From: Octopus bimaculoides
Taxonomy: Eukaryota
Direction: 5' to 3'
DNA length: 64,000 nucleotides
NCBI RefSeq assembly: GCF_001194135.2
Contig: NC_068981.1
Span: forward strand, 23,395,023 to 23,459,022
Shown here in pieces: positions 36,186 through 47,654 of this stretch. Each line of letters begins with the position of its first letter. Within the stretch, counting starts at the first letter, position 1. The position numbers and the translations under genes were made by a program. The notes under the pieces are model-generated. The model did no database searches. It was given only the letters and a program-made list of their open reading frames with translations, and was not told the origin of the DNA.

Positions 36186-36380
36186 CCTTTCTATTATAGG
36201 CACAAGGCCTGCAATTTTGGGGGAGGGGGTTTGTCGCATATATCGACCCCAGTCCATAACTGGTACGTATTTCATCAACCCCGAAAGGAGGAAAAGCAAA
36301 GTCAACCTAAGCGGGATTTGAACTCAGAACGTAAGGACGGACGAAATGCCGCTAAGCATTCTGCCAGCTCACTGCCTTAA
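36186..36380 (-). mobile_element. SINE A, tail-to-tail with the R4 stack
   Basis: aggcacaaggcctgcaattttgggggagggg..tcgaccccag..gggatttgaactcagaacg. Confidence 0.88.
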
Positions 36381-36397
36381 TAACAATAATAATAATA

Positions 36398-36890
36398 CTC
36401 TTTTACTTGTTTCAGTCATTTGACTGCGGCCATGCTGGGGCACCGCTTTTAGTCGAGCAAATCGACCCCAGGACTTATTCTATCGGTCACTTATTGCCGA
36501 ACCGCTAAGTTACGGGGACATAAACACATCGGCCTCGGTTGTCAAGCGAAGTTGGGTGGGGTGGGGGAACACAGACACACAAACATATACACACNNNNNN
36601 NNNNNNNNNNNNNNNNNNNNNNNNNNNNNNNNNNNNNNNNNNNNNNNNNNNNNNNNNNNNNNNNNNNNNNNNNNNNNNNNNNNNNNNNNNNNNNNNNNNN
36701 TATATATATATATATATCCATATATACGACAGGCTTCTTTCAGTTTCCGTCTACCAAATCCACTCACAAGACCTTGGTCGGCCCGAGGCTATAGTAGAAG
36801 ACACTTACCCAAGGTGCCACGCAGTGGGACTGAACCCAAAAGCATGTGGTTGGTAAGCAAGCTACTTACCACACAGCCACTCCTTCGCCT
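36398..36890 (-). mobile_element. SINE B with internal microsatellite gap
   Basis: ttttacttgtttcagtcatttgactgcggccatgctgggg..gap..ccaaggtgccacgcagtgggactgaaccc. Confidence 0.9.
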
Positions 36891-37336
36891 ATAAATAATA
36901 ATAATAATAATAATAGTAATGATGATGATGATGATAATCTCTTTTATTGGTCACAAGGGCCCAAGAAATGGAGGACAATATCGAAGGACGAGTTGCAGCA
37001 CGCCCCCCCCCCAAAAAAAAATTACAAAAATATGTGGAGTCAACATCGACCAAGGGGAAATATTACCATATTAAAGAATATAACAGAGGATATACAGTAG
37101 AAAGTAGAGAACGTAAAGAAAGTAGGAAAATAAATAATAAATAAGTAAATAAAATCCCCAATAGTGGGGCAGACCACTTAGGTTAATCCGGGTTAAGTTC
37201 CACAGAAAAATCCCGGATTACTCTGCCATCCTCGAGACACGGGAAAATGCCCCCTTCCAATTTGTTTCCTTCTGCTTAGAAAAACATATTCAGAGTAGAT
37301 CCATTCGTCGGTCCGTCTCTTTAATTTATTTCACCC

Positions 37337-37338
37337 AT

Positions 37339-37394
<56 letters not shown>
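37337..37394. repeat. (CTA)n microsatellite
   Basis: Read directly. Confidence 0.95.
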
Positions 37395-37395
<1 letters not shown>

Positions 37396-38979
37396 TTTTA
37401 TTAATATCCTTGCAGTTTATACAATTAAAACCAGTTGGATTTCCACACCGTTAAAAAAAAAAACTTCTAATTCGAGTAAATTGTTTCTGCGATTATTTGC
37501 TATTTCTTTAGCTTTTGCTTATACAATTGTATAAGATATTACGTTGAAATATAGCTTAGAATGCGCACATCCAAGCAGTCGTCATAAAATCATACATTTA
37601 CACACACAACCATATATCAGGATATATAGGTGCATGGGTGGGCGTTTGTATATTAAAAACCTTTCTTGAATACATATTTATTAATATATTTTTCAATACT
37701 GTTTCTTATAGTAGCCATCAAGAACATGTTCATATATATATTCCGTTCGTTATATTACGCGTCTTTTTATTTCGTCTGGTATAAAACTCGATTACGCTCT
37801 GGTAGGTTATTTTTGAGACTAGACAAATTTTATTGCATGATGTTTTTACTACATGATTGATGTATGTCAAAGTAAACATTAACCACAATATAGTTTTGTC
37901 TCCTTGACTCTTAAATGTTATATATTTTTGATTCTGTATTATTTTATTGTTTACTTTTCCTCCACATTTATCATTCTTTCTGAAAACGAGCTACAGTACA
38001 TAAAAGAACATAATTGAACATAAATAAGTCTTGTAAGAGAATTTAGCTTCGTTTTATTAACTTCTTAACGAAGCTAACGAAATTGAATTAGTTTTTATCA
38101 AATTTATTGATATGAGTATTTACAAAATGCAGCTGAAATAATATAAATAATTTTAAATAGAAGGCTTTAATGATTTTATAATTCTTCATAAACACACTTT
38201 TCTGTTGTAATTTCGCTACCAATATACTAACAATAACTACAGCATTTATATTGCTTTCCCAACAGAATAATATAAATATAAAATTATTTCTAAGCTTAGT
38301 AATTATCCTTCATATTCTATTAGATATGACACATCTATCCTCGTGTATCACAAGTGTTTGGTTTCCCTCCACCCACACACAAGGATAAATGAATCATCAC
38401 TCATTTTGCAAAAGAAACGAATGTTAGATTCGTGGACACCAAAACCTGTGGGCAATAGCAACGACACTTCGATGTCACGTATTTCGCAATCATTTATATC
38501 TTCCCTTGTCGAGATCACACTTGTCTACGTCTTTTCTTAGGATCAGATGCTATCGTATTGTTTCTGTTCACTGGGCTCGTGTTGATGTGTACAAGTTCAT
38601 AAAGCCGTATGAAAAAAGCATGTGGCCTCGCATTTTGGGCAGCTGAGCAATGAGAGTAGTAGCTGCGATGGGCTTATGCGGTTCAAGCAGAATCTTCAAT
38701 TGATCTCTGACACGCGTTATCACAGATCAATCCGTATTAGACGTGTTATGTTTCACAACGGAGCGTGACGTATTATTTATACAGGATCAGTGCTGAATGA
38801 ATTAGTTATAAATGAGACTATATGTATTATGAATATAGATTATATGTAAACTTAGTAATTATGTTACATATATTCAGCTAAACTTTTAATCATATACAAA
38901 ATTTCATCGCACCCTATTGATTGATTCGTTGAACCAGTCACTCCTTTCTTTTAGATTAGATAATTACAGTTTCCAAAAT

Positions 38980-39094
38980 TGAAATAGTTTCTTATAACGT
39001 AAAAAGACTCTCAAATTTTAACTTATTCCTTACTCTTGCAGCAGTTTCTTGTGAGCGATAATTTTTATATTCCATTTTTTCGACAAAATATATA

Positions 39095-39155
<61 letters not shown>

Positions 39156-39320
39156 NNNNNNNNNNTTGAAATAGTTTCTTATAACGTAAAAAGACTCTCA
39201 AATTTTAACTTATTCCTTACTCTTGCAGCAGTTTCTTGTGAGCGATAATTTTTATATTCCATTTTTTCGACAAAATATATATGTATGTGTGTGTGTGTGT
39301 GTGAGTGTGTGTGTGTGTGT
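38980..39320. other. Near-exact ~140-bp tandem duplication across a 10-N gap (probable assembly artefact)
   Basis: ttgaaatagtttcttataacg...atatatatgtatgtgtg occurs at 38980-39110 and again from 39166; the copies differ in the following (TG)n. Confidence 0.8.
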
Positions 39321-39564
39321 GTCTTTCTCTATCTCTCTCTCTCTATATATATATATAAATAAATGTATTTGTTTTTTCCAGTGTTTACAAATAACACGGA
39401 AAAAAGTAAATAAACAGTTACCAGGGTAGCAAAAATTCACACAAGTAACAAGGACGTAACAACCTATTCATAAAGATAGAAACTCCAGGTTTGGGTGAAA
39501 TGTTTTATATAATATAGATAAATAATAAATGGAGTTAAACGCAAGTATTATTCAAATCCTTTTA

Positions 39565-39652
39565 CTTCCGACATATGTTTCGAAGACAACATTTGTATTA
39601 TTCCAGAAGGAATAAAATGGTGTAAAACAATGCAATCTTCTCATCAGGGAAA
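39565..39652 (-). ncRNA. Type I minimal hammerhead ribozyme (PLE-associated), core intact
   Basis: UUUCC-CUGAUGA-GAAGA..UCUUC-GAAA-C-AUAU-GUC-GGAAG: stem I uuucc/ggaag, stem II gaaga/ucuuc with extended loop, 2-bp stem III with palindromic AUAU loop, GUC cleavage triplet. Confidence 0.75.
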
Positions 39653-40574
39653 GAAAGAAAGAAACCAAACGCATCAATAAGTCATTTTAACAAATGTGAT
39701 GACTGCGTGTATGATGAAGGGGACGCTATGAAGTTTTTTGAAAGAACCGTTAGTTGATATAAGGTCAAAGGTAGTTTATAGAAAGAGAAAGAAGAGAAAG
39801 AAAGAAATTAGGAGAAAACTAATAGTGGGGAGATATAGAGCGATAAGTAAATTTGAATAAAGCTTAAAGGCATGGAAGTAGATATATTTAGTGGAAGTGA
39901 AATGTAAGAAAACAGTCAAAGGTCGAATTTTATAGAATGGTAGAAATCAATTATAGGAACTGATTGTATGTTTTTGCCAATATTTGCAACGATAAATGCG
40001 TTCTATAAACGTGTCTACAAGGGGATTCTTTGAGAATAGGATAAAAAAAACATTTCACTATTACAAAGTGAACAAAAAGATGTACCTTTGTCATATGGTA
40101 AAGAAATAAAGACAATATTCCATTCCAAATCAAATTGTTTATTATGATCTGCTAATGTTGATGTATTCAACGATAAAGCTGAATTTTATAACTCTGCCTT
40201 ACTTAAAGCAGGCTATAAAGAAAAAAATTACCTATTGACATTCATTCTATCTCTATTACCTTTAGTTCCTATAAGTGATTTCTATCATTCTATAAAATTT
40301 GACCTTTGACCGTTTTCTTACATTTCACTTCCACTAAATATATCTACTTCCATGCCTTTAAGCGTTATTCTAATTCACCTATCGCTCTATATCCCTCTCC
40401 ATTATTAGTTTTCTGCTAATTTCTTTCTTTCTCTGCCTTCTCTTTCTATAAACTACCTTTGACGTTGTATCTACTGATGTTTTTTTTAAAAAAAAACTTG
40501 ATAGCGTTTCCTTCATCATGTACGCAGTCATCATATTGTGTTAAAATGACTTATTGATGTGTTTGGTTTCTTTC

Positions 40575-40660
40575 TTTCCCTAATGAGAAGATTGCATTGT
40601 TTTACACCATTTTATTCCTTCTGGTATAATACTAATGTTGTCTTCGAAACATGTCGGAAG
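40575..40660 (+). ncRNA. Hammerhead ribozyme, mutated copy (CUAAUGA core)
   Basis: tttccCTAATGAgaaga..tcttcGAAACatGTCggaag; G-to-A change in the catalytic core and 2-nt shorter loop III. Confidence 0.6.
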
Positions 40661-40696
40661 TAAAAGAATTTGAATAACACCTCCATTTAATTCCAT

Positions 40697-40699
<3 letters not shown>

Positions 40700-40760
<61 letters not shown>

Positions 40761-40762
40761 AT
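40700..40762. repeat. (ATCT)n microsatellite
   Basis: Read directly. Confidence 0.95.
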
Positions 40763-40764
40763 TC

Positions 40765-40992
40765 TTTTATTCTTTTATTTGTTTCAGTCATTTGACTACG
40801 GCCATGCTGAAGCATCGCCTTCAGTCGAGAAAATCGACCCCAGGACTTATTCTTTGTAAGCCTAGTACTTATTCTATCGGTCTCTTTTTGTTGAACTGCT
40901 AAGTTACGGGGGACATATACAAACCAGTATTAGTTGTCAAGCGATGCTGGGAAGACAAACGCAGACACATAAAGACACACACATACATAAAC

Positions 40993-41024
<32 letters not shown>

Positions 41025-41180
41025 GACGAGCTTCTTTCAGTTTCTGTCTGCCAAATCCACTCACAAGGCCCGAGGCTATAGTAGAAGACACTTGCCCAAG
41101 GTGCCACACAGTGGGACTGAACCCGGAATCATGTGGTTGGTAAGTGAGCTACTTACCACACAGCCACTTCTGCACCTATA
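40765..41180 (-). mobile_element. SINE B, essentially complete and gap-free (short internal TA run)
   Basis: Tail, central module, (TA)n at ~40994-41022 and head all present. Confidence 0.92.
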
Positions 41181-42869
41181 TTTATATATTATGATACTTG
41201 CTTTATTTTTTTCATTATTTATATTTTGACATATAAGAAAATGCCGGTTATTTATAATATTCATTTTCAACTTCAGATAAGACACTATATGTATTGGAAC
41301 ATTTTGACTCCAGTTATAATATTATACTTCTTCAATAAAGCGTGTACATGATCTATATTTCTGGAACTTCAGCTTGGAAAGTCAGCAAGGAGCAATCTTG
41401 ATCTAATGTGTTGAAACCATTGCTCTCACCCAGTTTGACGTAAATACTTCCCGAATTTCTGTCATCGTTTACATAATGTCTAATAGCGAGTGCATTAGCC
41501 TCAAACACGCACACACACCTCCATTGACGAAACCCTACTAAGTGGGCTGTAATTTAAGTTCGGTGTTTTTAATTGCAATCTGGATGCTTGAACATATTGC
41601 TTAGAGATATGAATTTTAATCCATTAACTTTTTTACGTAAGGTACGCAAATGTACTAAATAGAACATATCCTGTCAGTACGCAGTAGCTTGCCAGCCAGA
41701 GTTGGGCTCACAAATCGCGTTATAAACAAGTAATAATTTTCTATCTGGTTAATCAGTTTGATCATTGACTAAATCTTTCAAATAGCATGACTCAGTGCCA
41801 TCAGTTTCATCCGTTGATTAGGAATTCACCAAGTTTAGGGCTTTAAAGATTACAGTGCTATCTGTTCCAACTTGATTGTATTGGCCTCAATTCACATTGA
41901 TTTTATGGGTGCCCAATATAATCGCTGTTTCGCACGATTCATAGGAAATTTACTGTTGGATTCACCAGAAAAACTTGCAAGCGTGTCATTTAATGAAATT
42001 CTCTCTACAGCTCTCTTAAAGCTGAAATCAGAACGATTAGCGTTAAACTTCGAGGCATCCTTGGCAATCAAATCACTTTCTGTAGGCAATACGTTGACGA
42101 GGCGAGGGACAAACACACTCCTTGTGACATAATTATTGACTTAACATTTGATATTCATGATTAAGTTGTAACTATCACTGTTATAGATGAGTTTTCTCAC
42201 TGCAGCTACTGTAATATAGGGAAATTTATTCAATGTGAGTTCGTTACTATTATCGTGTGTGCATGATAGGATAGTTGGTATGGATTCAGCGTACCATTTG
42301 CCTACTATCCTTTAGCATTCTCAATACTGGCCGATTCAAACAACGTTTAATTTTTGTGGTTTGCAATATGTATTTGGTGCTAAAGGTATCAGACATTTCT
42401 GTGATATTGATGGGGGAAACGGTGGAAATCATTGGGTGTCTAATAATTTATTTTTTGCTTAATGTTGCTCAGAGAACGTTATAGTAACAATGTTGTATGC
42501 GGTCTGGTTGTGGTTGAACAGAGGTCATCTTTAAGCACCTGTACATTCAGATATATTCCTTTTCGTGGATCAGTAGCTCTTTTAGTTTTGTAGAGTAATT
42601 ATTATTCTTTTTGTCAGGAGCGAAGGCTGTATCCGTGACCTTGATCAAGGCTTTCTAGATTTATAGGATGAAGGGTGAAAGAAGTACGAAACTGGAGACA
42701 CGAATGCTTGCAATAGAGTGGTTTCTAATAATAGCACATGACAGCCTTGGATGATGTTAAACTGGCGACGAATTTAATTTATTTCTCCAAGTAGTCCACA
42801 AACAAATAACGAAGAATCAAGGAGCCGGAACAAATATCGCGTGGCACTTGGTCCGACATTCTAACAGTC

Positions 42870-42990
42870 GTGTTCTGGATTGGTACGTGTTTGTCTACTT
42901 CTGTAAAACTGAAAGGCAAAGTTTGTATCAGCGGAATTTGAACTCAAAATGCAGAAATTCAGAATACATATCGCGATGCAACGTAACCGA
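42870..42990 (-). mobile_element. SINE A, partial
   Basis: gaaaggcaaagtttgtatcagcggaatttgaactc. Confidence 0.6.
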
Positions 42991-43470
42991 CTCTTTTACA
43001 AATTTACTAAACTGCCATTTATTTATAAATTGTAGAGATAAAACGAGCTGGTGAAAATGGGAAATGTGTTGTTTAATCTTTTCATAGAATTACTTTTGAT
43101 AGTTGATTCGGTTAAAGTATATGAATTAAATACTTTATTTTAACTGTATCGGTAATATCAAAGAGCGAGAAGGGAGATTATTTTCATGTTGAACATGGTT
43201 CCTAGCATCAGTAATTATCTACACAAAAGTACGAATATTGGCAGTTAAATATATATTTTAGCTACTTGCCAAAATAAACATTTAAAAAAGTATATTTACC
43301 TAAACTTAATATACGCATATTCATACGTTAACTCATACTTGCACACATGTCCAGAAACATACATATATTGAATTATAACTTCAGTACCAATATGAAGAAC
43401 CTAATTATTTATAAGCTTTATAAAGTAATTGGGGATACTGCAGTTGCCCAATAACTAACTTATTTCACAG

Positions 43471-43557
43471 AATCTGTCATGTAACAATGAAACGATCAGA
43501 TATAGTTGTGGAAGTCGCATACATCGGGTTCAACCTTGTGCTACTACGGTAATATAG
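43471..43557 (+). other. Candidate internal exon (78 or 87 nt), product unknown
   Basis: Branch-like CTAAC 43455-59, acceptor ttatttcacAG 43470, donors G|GTAATA (43549) and AG|GTAAGA (43558); the 78-nt form is open in two frames. Confidence 0.25.
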
Positions 43558-44200
43558 GTAAGACCGAAGTTTAATTGAAACAACAGTAGTTCCCCCTTTA
43601 TCTTTTCACGCAAATATATAGAAACGAAAAGTGTTTTAAAACTAAAACTGTTTAAATAAGTTGACATTTGAAAGACTAGCTGCAGATTATTACATCCAGA
43701 TGATTTTTGAGAAAAAACAGGCAGATGAAACGAAAATGAAAAATACAGTTTATGTACAGCTGAAGAAACGTCCATAATTCTACTAACTGCTTAAACGTAC
43801 GGTCTGTTATTTCGTCACTTCGATAAGTATTTACAAAAGCACGGGCATATATTGATACCGCTGGAGTGAGGAGTTTCAACTTAAGTTTCACCCAGTTTTT
43901 TTTTTTATCACACCAATTGGATTTTAAGGTTACATTGTGGTTTTACCTACTCCTATCGCTGAACTCTTCCATATATAATATATTTATTAGCAGGCATATA
44001 TGCATTTTGAAAGCACCTGCTTATAAATACATACATATACACATACATACAGGCATACAAACAAACATTCACGCATACACGCAAATATACAAACACATAC
44101 ACACACACATAAACAGCAGTTTGCAATATCACATTTAGTGACATATATACAGGGACATATATATTAGTGACATATATATATATATATTATATATATTAGT

Positions 44201-44241
<41 letters not shown>

Positions 44242-44525
44242 TCAAGTTTTGAGGATGTAATTTCCTCGTAAGGGATTGTTAATAACAATCTAGATGCTAA
44301 CTGGCTTTATCAAGTATATTGAAAGAAAGTTCCTCAATATATATGCATAAACAATCTAATAAATTATAAAGTTGATAAAAGAAAATAGAGAAGAAAAAAT
44401 ATATAATAGATACTTGGTTTATTTTATTTGTATCACAAAGAAAAAGTAATGCAATGTAAAAGTGATACCTATAAGAATAAATATCAAAAGAACCGGATCA
44501 ACAAAACAACCAAACAATCTCCGAA

Positions 44526-44627
44526 AAATCCAACACGTGTTTCAAGCCGACAGTATGTTTGAATCATCAACATTCAAACGATTATAGATTTAATAAACTA
44601 TATACTGCCGTGTATCTTCAGAGAAAA
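44526..44627 (-). ncRNA. Degenerate hammerhead-like motif
   Basis: Minus: ttttct-CTGAAGA-..cggcagtat..atactgtcg..-GAAAC-acgt-GTT-gga; palindromic loop III; stem I and the base of stem II are eroded. Confidence 0.5.
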
Positions 44628-45197
44628 GTAAGTATATTTTCCGGTCTTGAATTACGAAAAAACAAATTTGAGGACTGTGTTTTTGGAAATTTTCAAATGT
44701 AAACAACAACTTAAGGGGATGCAGAGTTCATGTGATTAAATATTGATCGTTGAAATGTTGCTAAAACATCAAATGCATTTGAAAAATATACTTATAAAAG
44801 TTTATGGGAGGAAGATGGTATAAAGACAAATGCAACTCCTCATGTGGGGTGTAATATACAAAGAATTAGACTGGGAAATGTAAATAAAGGTATGAAATGT
44901 TTGTTTATATTATACTACGATAATGTTTTTTAAAAGTAACACAGAGATATATTATAATATTGGTATTATTTAGGATTAAATGGATTAGGATATAATTTCC
45001 AGTGTTCTAAAAAAAAAATTAAGTATGTAAAAAAATATGTATATAAAAGACTATATTGTACTCACTTAGGAGATGCGAAAAAGATTAAAAAGCGGTGCTG
45101 CAGTTTTTTTTTTTCTTTAGGTCAAAATATGAGTAGCTAGTAATCTCCCTTTGTTCATATGGTTAAGCATGTTAGTTTTTATTATAATGCAAGAATA

Positions 45198-45448
45198 TTG
45201 GGTTGGTGCATAATTATTGAGGGTTTTTTTTCAACAAATTTTATTCAACAAAAGCAATAACAATATGTAACAAATACATCTATAAATGATTATTCCGGAG
45301 CATATTCACCATCTACTTCAATTACTGCTTCCCATTTGCTTGGCAGACGGTCAGACCGTCATTTAAGATGTTTTTGTTAAATATTGTTATGATTTCTGTT
45401 GAATAAAATTTGTTGAAAAAAAGCCGCAATAATTATGCACCAACCCAT
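45198..45448. mobile_element. Mariner-derived MITE with TA TSDs
   Basis: TA-TTGGGTTGGTGCATAATTATTG...CAATAATTATGCACCAACCCAT-TA; ~55-bp TIRs resembling Hsmar1/MADE1; internal minus-strand DRLPSKWEAVIEVDGEY is a mariner transposase C-terminus. Confidence 0.92.
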
Positions 45449-47067
45449 TATCGTGTTTTTCTTGAGAAATAAGTCTATAAGTTTAGGGATAATATGGATA
45501 TATACGCACGTGTAGTTTTAAGTTTCCTATGTATATATATTAAAAAGTATCAACAGTCATTAACGCTGGATTATAAGACTTTATAAGATTTTTTTTAAAT
45601 GTTCAATTAACAACATTTATGTACAAATAGGGGTTGTATTAAAAGAATATAAATCGGGCGTTGTTTAATGGTAATTATATGTATATTCTATTTAACAATG
45701 AAATGGGTATTATAGATTAATAATAAGGGTTAAGATATATACACATAAATACACATTAATAACTAATTATATACATTGTAGTATTATTCTCATTGAATTG
45801 TAGAGTCGGGTTGGAATTTAATGATCATAATACTGTAATAAATAATTTTTGAACACGTATAATTCTCCAGTCTTCTTAATGATTTGTTGGTTATATGCTT
45901 TGTATGCCGTATGAAATCCAATGAAGCAAATTCAAAGTTTACCTAACGTTCTAATTGTTTATTCTAAGCAATTCTGTACTAACCTATTGCTGTCTCTTTT
46001 TACTTCCTCGTGTCAATGGCATTACTGACTTTGTGTCCATGACCTCTCGGATGACAATTTAGTCTCGCTGCAAATCTGCAGAACTGTGCGCTTTCAGTTA
46101 GTTAAGTTTATACACGTCACCACTCTTCAATTGCAATAGAACTTTCAGCAGCTAGAATGACAATTGCAGTCACAACATAGACATTTATAAATCATCAGAT
46201 TATTATGATAAACGCTTGTGGTACACAAGTACCACTCTCCAAGTTTCTGTAATTAGCACCTTAGTATGGATGCTTCTGATTATATATACTCGATATACCA
46301 TAGCCATTTTATTTAGAACGTTTCTCTGAACTCCACAGATTATATTCCCTTGATTTTTTATTTTAGATTTTTTTATTGTTGTCGTTTCTAGTAATATTTT
46401 GGTATCTCACGATTCTTTTCTATTAACTACCTGTTCTCCGTTCTCATTCCCTTTTGCTACCTGCATTTCTTTTCTTCCCCGAGTTAACCTTTTTCATTTC
46501 ACATACATTTCTTTAGTCATATTTTCGACGAACTCTAAAGAGAAAAAATCTCATGACTTGTTGGTCCATATATACTTTAGATATCTCTGGAAATTCTAAC
46601 ATTGTTAGCCAACCCATTGCTCGAAGATAGACTAATTGATTAATCCAACTTCAAGCTCTGAATAATAATACAATTTCTATAAAAAAAAAAAGACAGAACT
46701 AATTTGCACCACCCGCCACACACACACACACACACACNNNNNNNNNNNNNNNNNNNNNNNNNNNNNNNNNNNNNNNNNNNNNNNNNNNNNNNNNNNNNNN
46801 NNNNNNNNNNNNNNNNNNNNNNNNNNNNNNNNNNNNNNNNNNNNNNNNNNNNNNNNNNNNNNNNNNNNNNNNNNNNNNNNNNNNNNNNNNNNNNNNNNNN
46901 NNNNNNNNNNNNNNNNNNNNNNNNNNNNNNNNNNNNNNNNNNNNNNNNNNNNNNNNNNNNNNNNNNNNNNNNNNNNNNNNNNNNNNNNNNNNNNNNNNNN
47001 NNNNNNNNNNNNNNNNNNNNNNNNNNNNNNNNNNNNNNNNNNNNNNNNNNNNNNNNNNNNNNNNNNN

Positions 47068-47124
<57 letters not shown>

Positions 47125-47414
47125 CACACACACACACATAATAGACACGTTGTATCGTTAGTATGTCAGATAAATATATGGCAATGGTCACGACCGGATA
47201 GGTATAACACAAAGTCGTGATTTTAACGAACATTTACAAAGAAAATACAAATATATTTAATAGTCTTTTTACGATCACGGATATTGAAACTGTAGAATAT
47301 TTTCTTTGTTTCCATTTAAAGTTGTGCTTTTGAAGCATCATTTGAGGCTATGATTAGAAAATGTACATTAATACACTCACACACATATATAGATATATTG
47401 TCGTTGGTGTTGTT

Positions 47415-47635
47415 GCTAAAGCGACGAGCTGGCAGAATCGTTAGCGTGTCGGGCAAAATGACTTGTAGATTTTGTCCGTTTTTTATGAAATGGGTTCAAA
47501 TTTTGCTGAGGTCGACTTTGCACTTTCAACCTTTCGGGTTTGATAAATTAAGTACTAGTGAATCGCTGGGTTCGATGTAATCGATTTATCACCTCCTCCA
47601 ACACTTCAGGCCTTGTGCCTTTAGTAGAAAGGATT
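47415..47635 (+). mobile_element. SINE A, full length, with (ATT)n tail
   Basis: gcgacgagctggcagaatcgttagc..gggttcaaatttt..ggccttgtgcctttagtagaaaggattatt. Confidence 0.9.
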
Positions 47636-47654
47636 ATTATCATTATTATTATTA

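Larger units (their letters stand above)
39525..40700. mobile_element. Penelope-like element remnant with ~435-bp inverted pseudo-LTRs
   Basis: 39525-39963 is the diverged reverse complement of 40262-40700; spacer encodes a GIY-YIG C-terminus on minus (WNIVFISLPYDKGTSFCSLCNSEM) and an RT-thumb piece on plus (SANVDVFNDKAEFYNSALLKAGYKEK). Confidence 0.8.

Noticed and set aside
38043-38077. 11-bp hairpin ttagcttcgtt/aacgaagctaa, possible Helitron end
   Set aside because: No CTRR terminus at the expected distance and no associated element; could arise by chance in AT-rich DNA.
38980-39320. Tandem duplication as a biological event
   Set aside because: Identical copies straddling a 10-N gap and differing only at a microsatellite are typical of unmerged alleles or overlapping contig ends.
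45780-46300. Possible APE endonuclease relic on minus
   Set aside because: Only vague similarity with many stops; no diagnostic motif intact.
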